Of a stretch of DNA of 64,000 nucleotides, positions 57,640 through 64,000 are shown piece by piece. The first letter of the stretch is position 1, and each line of letters starts with the position of its first letter. Origin of the DNA: Antedon mediterranea. Lineage: Eukaryota > Animalia > Echinodermata. The stretch covers positions 186,001-250,000 of the forward strand of contig NC_092674.1 in assembly GCF_964355755.1 (NCBI RefSeq), read 5' to 3'. The notes under the pieces are model-generated. The model worked only from the letters and a program-made list of their open reading frames with translations. It had not been told where the DNA came from and searched no databases. A program made the translations under genes and the position numbers.

Positions 57640-59275
57640 TAACCCTAACCCTAGTTTGAAGCGACATAATAAATTCATCGCGAAAAAGTACGTATCGTAT
57701 TCAGAAACTTTTGAAATTTGTTAGATATGTTTAATAGGTTCTTACGTCTATAAAACAAACAAAAAATATAAATTTCACGAAAAATTCGTGATTTTAATAA
57801 TTTGCATTTCTAAAAATGTACACTTATGAAATACCATACATTTTCCAACACATTTTTACTTCATTGATGATTCCCAGAAATCAAAATAAAACAAATTATG
57901 ATATTTCTTTTACATTTATAGATGTAAGAACCTATATTGAACATGTACCAAATTTCAAATGTTTTTTAAGACGATACGTATTTTTATCGATGAATTAAGT
58001 ATGTGATCGCTTCAAACTAGGGTTAGGGTTAAATAACCTAACAGTTCCATTCTTTAACACTGTGTTTAACTTTTAACCAAATTGGTTTTAGTACAACACA
58101 ATGATAAACTATGTACATTTTATTTTTCATATTACATTATAGGATACATATAATGTAATAATAATAAATACAAGTTACATAGTTTATCATCTTGTTTTAC
58201 AGAACCAATTTGGTTACACAGTTAAACACAGTGATAAAGAATAGACACTGTTTTAGGTTAGTGTCTTAGGTTATATAACTCTAACCCTAGTTTGAAGCGA
58301 TCACATACTTAATTCATCGCGAAAAAATACGTATCGTATTCAGAAACATTTGAAATTTGGTAAATATGTTCAATAGGTTCTTACGTCTATAAAACAAACA
58401 AAAAATAAAAGTTTCAAGACAAATTCGTGATTTTAATAATTTGCATTTCTAAACATTTACACTTATGAAAGACAATACATTTCCAACACATTTTTACTTC
58501 ATTGATGATTCCCAGAAATCAAAATAAAACTATTAGGATATTTCTTTTGCATTATAGATGTAAGAACCTAAATTGAACATATCTACCAAATATCAAACGT
58601 TTTTCAAGACGATACGTATTTTTAGCGATGAATATTAAATATGTGATCGCTTCAAACTAGGGTTAGGGTTAAATAAACTAAAACAGTTCTATTCTTTATC
58701 ACTCACTGTGTTTAACTTTTAACCAAAATGGTTATAGTAAAACACAATGATAAACTTATATGTACATTTTATTTTTCATAACATAAAATGTTTGATATTC
58801 TTTATAATATTTAATATTATATTTTAGGCCTACTATTAATGACCTATAAATGCACACTACATCTGAAATAACTTTCTACTTCATTGGCGATTCTTACCAA
58901 AAAAAGAACTAATTTTGTTATGTATATAGAGCAACCTATTATAACATGTATTGTATGATTTTTATCTCGTTTCAATGACATTTTATACTACAATTCAAAT
59001 GAAAAAGCATCACAAAAAAATACGTCTGGTATTCAAAAAGTTTCTAAACTCGGTACACAGAAAAAACGAATATGTTGAAAATGTATGGTCTTTCATAAGT
59101 GTGAATTTTTAGAAATGCAAATAATGGAAATCATCGATTTGTCTTGAAATTTATAATTTGTTTTGTCTTATTGAACATATCTATACAAAATATGTCAAAC
59201 GTTTCTGAATACGATACGTTTTTTTTCTCGATGAATTTATAATGTCGCTTCAAACTAGAGGGTAGGGTAGTAACC
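57640..59275. mobile_element. Three related ~390-bp TIR-bounded modules with telomere-like ends
   Basis: AACCCTAACCCTAGTTTGAAGCGA...TCGCTTCAAACTAGGGTTAGGGTT at 57640-58031; a second copy at 58277-58671 (block period about 626 bp); a third, diverged, inverted partial copy at about 59000-59275. Confidence 0.7.
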
Positions 59276-59990
59276 TAACAAGTATCTATTCTTTATCACT
59301 ATGTTTAACTGTGTAACCATATTGGTTCTAATAAAAAACAATGATAAACTATGTAAATTGTATGTTTCATATATTACATTTTTGCCAAAAAAAAATTATT
59401 GGGAATGTCAAATTTCTTTTTCATGACATATATCTACAAATTTCAGAAGCTTTTGAATACGAGTATTTTACGCGATGTTTTTTTATCCTCATTTTAATAT
59501 TTTGGTAATGTAATTCACATGCATAAAGTTTTGTATCCAAAAAATTTTTTATTCTTGGGTAGAAATGAGGAAATAAATAGTATTCCTGTATAATATAATA
59601 ATCAATAATAAAGTATAAAAAAAAGTGTTGTGTAAACGAATGTTTTTTACGCTTCGAATTTTCTGTTACATTATGTTTGAATTGAAGCTACAGATATTGA
59701 ATCATGGACCTATAAATTAGTAATTTATAGGTCCATGATTGAACATATCGTCACTCACCACACATTTTTTGTTTTGTATTTCGAAAGTATTTATTCTAAA
59801 GAACAATTGATGCAAACATCAACTGCGTATCTTATTTCATTAATTAATTATATTAATTATAATTTGGCGATTATTCGTCACACGAAGCGTCGAATATCGA
59901 TTCGTCTCGTCATGGGGAAGAAAACGTGCATTGCGCACACTGTTTACGCGCCTCAACAATAAACGGCGAATATGCGATTCGTTACTAATT

Positions 59991-60899
59991 ATGGAACGCC
60001 GTTTTACACAAGTTTTTGGCGATGATAAAAATTGCGTCGATGATGAAATTGCGTTGATGAAAATTGCATCGACGCAATGTAGATTGCGTCGACGCAATTT
60101 ACATTGCGTCGATGAAAATTGCATCGATGAAAATTGCGTCGATGAAAATTGCGTCGATGAAAACTGCATCGATGAAAACTGCGTCGATGAAAACTGCATC
60201 GATGAAAATTGATGTGATAAATTTAATTGATTATGAAAATTCCAAATGGTTTTAATTCAATCAATGATGAAAATGACTACTAGTAAAGTAAATGATGATG
60301 TTAATAATGATGTTAATAATGTTATTATGTTGCTAAAAATTGACGGTTTCTGAATATTTTGATATGATAAACATGTTTACCGCTTGCGCTAGCGCGCGTT
60401 ATAGACAAGCGCACAGTGAGCGCGCACTAAAACAATGTTGAAATATATGCACTGATTAACATTTTAGTGATTTATTGTCAACACATTTTAGCAATGGATC
60501 CATTATTGTCCTTTCGGACACAATATATCTTCTAGCTAATTGCTTCCTTTAATCCACCAGTTCAGTACATAAAATTCAGATGTCCAGCATCCATGACATC
60601 ATATTCAAATCATACCGGCAGGGAGATCGCAAATTTCATCGATGAAAACTGCATCAATGAAATTTTTTTTTTTTTCATCGATGCAGGTTTCATCGATGCA
60701 GTTTTCATCGACGCAATTTTCATCACATTAACGCAATTTTCATTACATCGACGCAATTTTCATCGACGCAATGTTCATCACATCGACTTAAATTTTCATT
60801 ACATCAATACTATATTCATCGACGCAATTTTCATCACATCGACGCAATTTTCATTGCATCATCGACGCGATTTTATCATCGCCTAAACTGGCATTCCAT
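59991..60899. mobile_element. Foldback (MULE-like) non-autonomous element whose long TIRs are 15-bp repeats
   Basis: Left ATGGAACGCC..GGCGATGATAAAA then (GATGAAAATTGCGTC)n; right (GACGCAATTTTCATC)n..TTTTATCATCGCC..GGCATTCCAT; ACTAATT duplicated at 59984-59990 and 60900-60906. Confidence 0.8.
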
Positions 60900-61269
60900 A
60901 CTAATTGCGTGTGATCTGATTGGTGTATTATAAATAAATTCATCGCGATGAATTTTTCAGTAGATGTAATGAGACAGTTCAGTAGATGTAATGACAGTTA
61001 ATTTAATTGTTCTGCTCTTTTTGTACAAATCTATACTACTTTATATTATGGATTTTGTAGTACTGTTAAAATGATTAAATCTCTGGAAGTGTGTTTTACG
61101 AGTATGTCCGCAAATTTATGCGTTTACGGTTTTAAAATGTGAGTTTTAAATAGCGAACATGATCTTGTTAGGTGCACTACGCACGCAGTATTCCAAAATG
61201 TCTTACTAATTGGGAGAAAATCATATTGTATCATATCATATTATATCCATTCTTTAAATTCATATTCTT

Positions 61270-62110
61270 TATCCAAAACTAAATTGGTACAGTAAAACAC
61301 AGTGCTAGCAATTTATCATATTATTAAATGTTTCATATTCTTTATCATTGTGTTTTACTCTAATCAAATTGGTATAGTAAAACACAGTGCTAAATTGCTA
61401 TGTGAATGTCATTTATCATATTTTTAAATGTTTCCTATTCTTTATCATTGTGTTTAACTCTAACCAAATTGGTTATAGTAAAACACAGTGCTAAATTGCT
61501 ATGTAAATGTTATATATCATATTATTAAATTCCTATTCTTTATCATTGTGTTTTACTCTAACCAAATTGGTTATATAGTAAAACACAGTGATAAATTGCT
61601 ATGTAAATGTAATTTATCATGTTATTAAATGTTTCCTATTCTTTATCGTTGTGTTTTACTCTAATCAAATTGGTTATAGTAAAACACAGTGCTAAATTGC
61701 TATGTAAATGTTATATATCATATTATTAAATGTTTCCTATTCTTTATCATTGTGTTTTACTCTAATCTGATTGGTTATAGTAAAACACAGTGCTAAATTG
61801 CTATGTAAATGTCATTTATCATGTTATTAAATGTTTCTTATTCTTTATCATTGTGTTTTACTCTAACCAAATTGGTTATAGTAAAACACAGTGCTAAATT
61901 GCTATGTAAATGTAATTTATCCTATTATTAAATGTTTCCTATTCTTTATCATTGTGTTTTACTCTAACCAAATTGGTTATAATTTATTTAATTTCATTTC
62001 AAAAGACATTTACCTAAATTGCTATTTAAATGTCATTTATCAAATTATTAAATGTTTCCTATTATTTATCTGGTTATATACTAATATAGTAAAACACTGT
62101 GCTAAATTGC
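61270..62110 (-). repeat. Second array of the ~101-bp unit (about 8 copies) in opposite orientation
   Basis: GCTAAATTGCTATGTAAATGTCATTTATCATATTATTAAATGTTTCCTATTCTTTATCATTG is the reverse complement of the 55135 array unit. Confidence 0.9.
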
Positions 62111-62437
62111 TATTGTATTAAGGACGAGTTCCGAGAAGATGTATTCAAAGCTACAACCAATCAGAACAGTGTTAATCAATATAGTCCATGGCTACAGCCA
62201 ATCAGAAACGTCCAAATCGCAATAACTCCTAGGCTAATAGAAATTATTGGTCCGAGTAGCCTTTTCAACCAGACGTTGCGAGGTTTAAAAAGTAAAACAT
62301 GATTTACTCGCCAGTTTGGTATATAATAGTTTATATACCTGACATATCGCATTGCATTCGTGACGTCACCCATGAGTTCAATGATTTTGTAGATTATTGC
62401 AGACGCGAATATTAAGAATGGCTGTCAGACAACTTAC

Positions 62438-63022
62438 TTATTACCTCCGCCAAGGAGGTTATGTTTTCACCCCTGTATGTTTGTGTGTGTGTTTGTGTGT
62501 GTGTCTGTGAACAGCCTGGAGGCCACAGTTTTTATCCGATTCTCACCAAATTTGGCAACAATGATCTATGCTCCAAAAGCCCGGACGAGTTCGAATTTGA
62601 GGGGAAAAGGTCATAGGTCAAGGTCACAACTAACAAAAAACTATTTTACTGCCTAGAGACCACAGTTTTTATCCGATTCTCACCAAACTTAGCCACAATG
62701 ATCAATGACACATCATATAATTGTGGTTAAAATTTGAAGGGTCAGGGTCAAAGATCAAGGTCCACAAAAAAAAAAAATAAGAAATAAAAAAATAATAAAA
62801 AAAAAAAACCTCAGTGGGACTTGAACCAGCGATCTCAACTGTGAGAGGCTGGATACATAACCATTACACCACACTGTCATCCACAACTTTATAGTGTGCA
62901 GTTAACATATTTACACTTAGAACTAATAAAAAAAAATGTAAAAAAAAATATTCAGGGGGAATTTTATGTAGGGAAATTTTACAGTAGGCGGAGGTTTGTA
63001 CTCTCGGAGTACCTTCTAGTTT
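62438..63022 (+). mobile_element. Non-autonomous Helentron/DINE-1-like (HINE) element
   Basis: 5' TTATTACCTCCGCCAAGGAGG sub-TIR, GT-rich microsatellite, internal repeated block, 3' GGCGGAGGT sub-TIR, hairpin GTACTC-TCG-GAGTAC and TTCTAGTTT end. Confidence 0.82.
62808..62882 (-). pseudogene. tRNA-like (Glu-CTC-derived?) sequence inside the Helentron-like element
   Basis: A-box TGGTGTAATGG, CTCTCAC loop, B-box GGTTCAAGTCC, then a long T run; stems pair poorly, so not a functional tRNA. Confidence 0.5.
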
Positions 63023-63563
63023 TCTCTGTTTTCGACAAATTGCCCTTAAAGGCTGTTAATAACTGACAATATTATCCATTGGTTCGATAATGTTAACGCC
63101 TCTAACAGTGAAAATCTGCTTCGTTGCAGGAAATTTGACAATGTTTTTACTCCTTTGTTCTATCAAATTTAGCACCCATCGATTTGACTCATGCTATTAT
63201 TTTACAGCGTGCCCTAATTCTTATGCAAAAAGACGAGACGAGTTTATCGATACTCGTAAATCTTATATCTCTTTCCCTATGTTTACGATTTATTTTATCT
63301 AAGTTATCAATTTCCATCCAGTATTGCGATGCGACAAAAACAGGCCTACAAAATATCGTATACACATCTGAGCAGTGTGTGCATTATATCGAATGTTATT
63401 GCACTAAACTACTATTTTAATACTTAATTGGCGGTTGCTTTAAAGTTGTTAAATGCACATTAATTGTGAAGATAAAAAACCTCAATTGCACATTTACGAA
63501 GAAACACGTCACGTGTTGATGAAACATAGTGGTGAACGTCCTTTAGCGTATTAGTAGGCCTGT

Positions 63564-64000
63564 TAAGTGACCCAATCCTTCAAATTGTGATAACATTCTG
63601 AAACTTTGCACAGTTATTCATTAGGGTGTCAAAAATATGAAATGGAAGGGTTGCACAAAATTTGGTCAGGGGAAAGCCGCCATTTTGGATTTCAAAATGG
63701 CGGACCCAAATTGTTCACTTTTCAGGTATATCTCTGCTAAATAGGCACCTAGAGTTCTGAATTTAGGTGCAAATTATATGGTAATGGGGTCACCAAACAT
63801 ATTGGTATAACTAACATTTTAATTGCATGGCGGCCATTTTGGATTTCAAAATGGCGGACTTCAAATTTTCACTTTTTAGGTATATCTCTGCTAAAGAGGC
63901 ACCTAGAGTTCTGATTTTAGGTGCAAATTATATGGTAGTGGGGGGTCACCAAACATACTGGTATAACTAACATTTTGATTCCATGGCGGCCATGTTGGAT
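63564..64000. repeat. Start of an element or array with ~155-bp units, cut by the window end
   Basis: GCCATTTTGGATTTCAAAATGGCGG palindrome near 63679 and 63833; a third unit starts near 63989. Confidence 0.75.

Noticed and set aside
59840-60886. ORFs with (CVDEN)n, (QFSST)n and (ASMKT)n repeats
   Set aside because: Translations of the 15-bp repeats in the foldback element's TIRs.

Overview
AT-rich eukaryotic (metazoan, probably marine invertebrate) genomic DNA with GT-AG spliceosomal genes. It holds five protein-coding genes: ALG9 (+, 17 coding exons, 3912-29596), NCK (+, SH3-SH3-SH3-SH2), an SLC16/MCT-type MFS transporter (+), NKAP (+) and an intronless histamine-H2-like aminergic GPCR (-). 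The very long ORFs in the supplied track are artefacts of 39-bp and 42-bp tandem repeats. The rest is truncated LINEs, tRNA-derived SINEs, MITEs/foldback elements, a non-autonomous Helentron-like element and many unrelated tandem arrays. The most striking pattern is that ALG9 and NKAP repeatedly carry tandem arrays built from their own exon-intron junctions, giving runs of decoy splice sites. Also notable: the 16-kb intronic satellite appears to be an amplified MITE terminus, and a SINE's Pol III B-box is amplified 7 times. I found no prokaryotic-type system and no CRISPR array. Exon coordinates were read by eye; family names come from recognised motifs, not from database searches.
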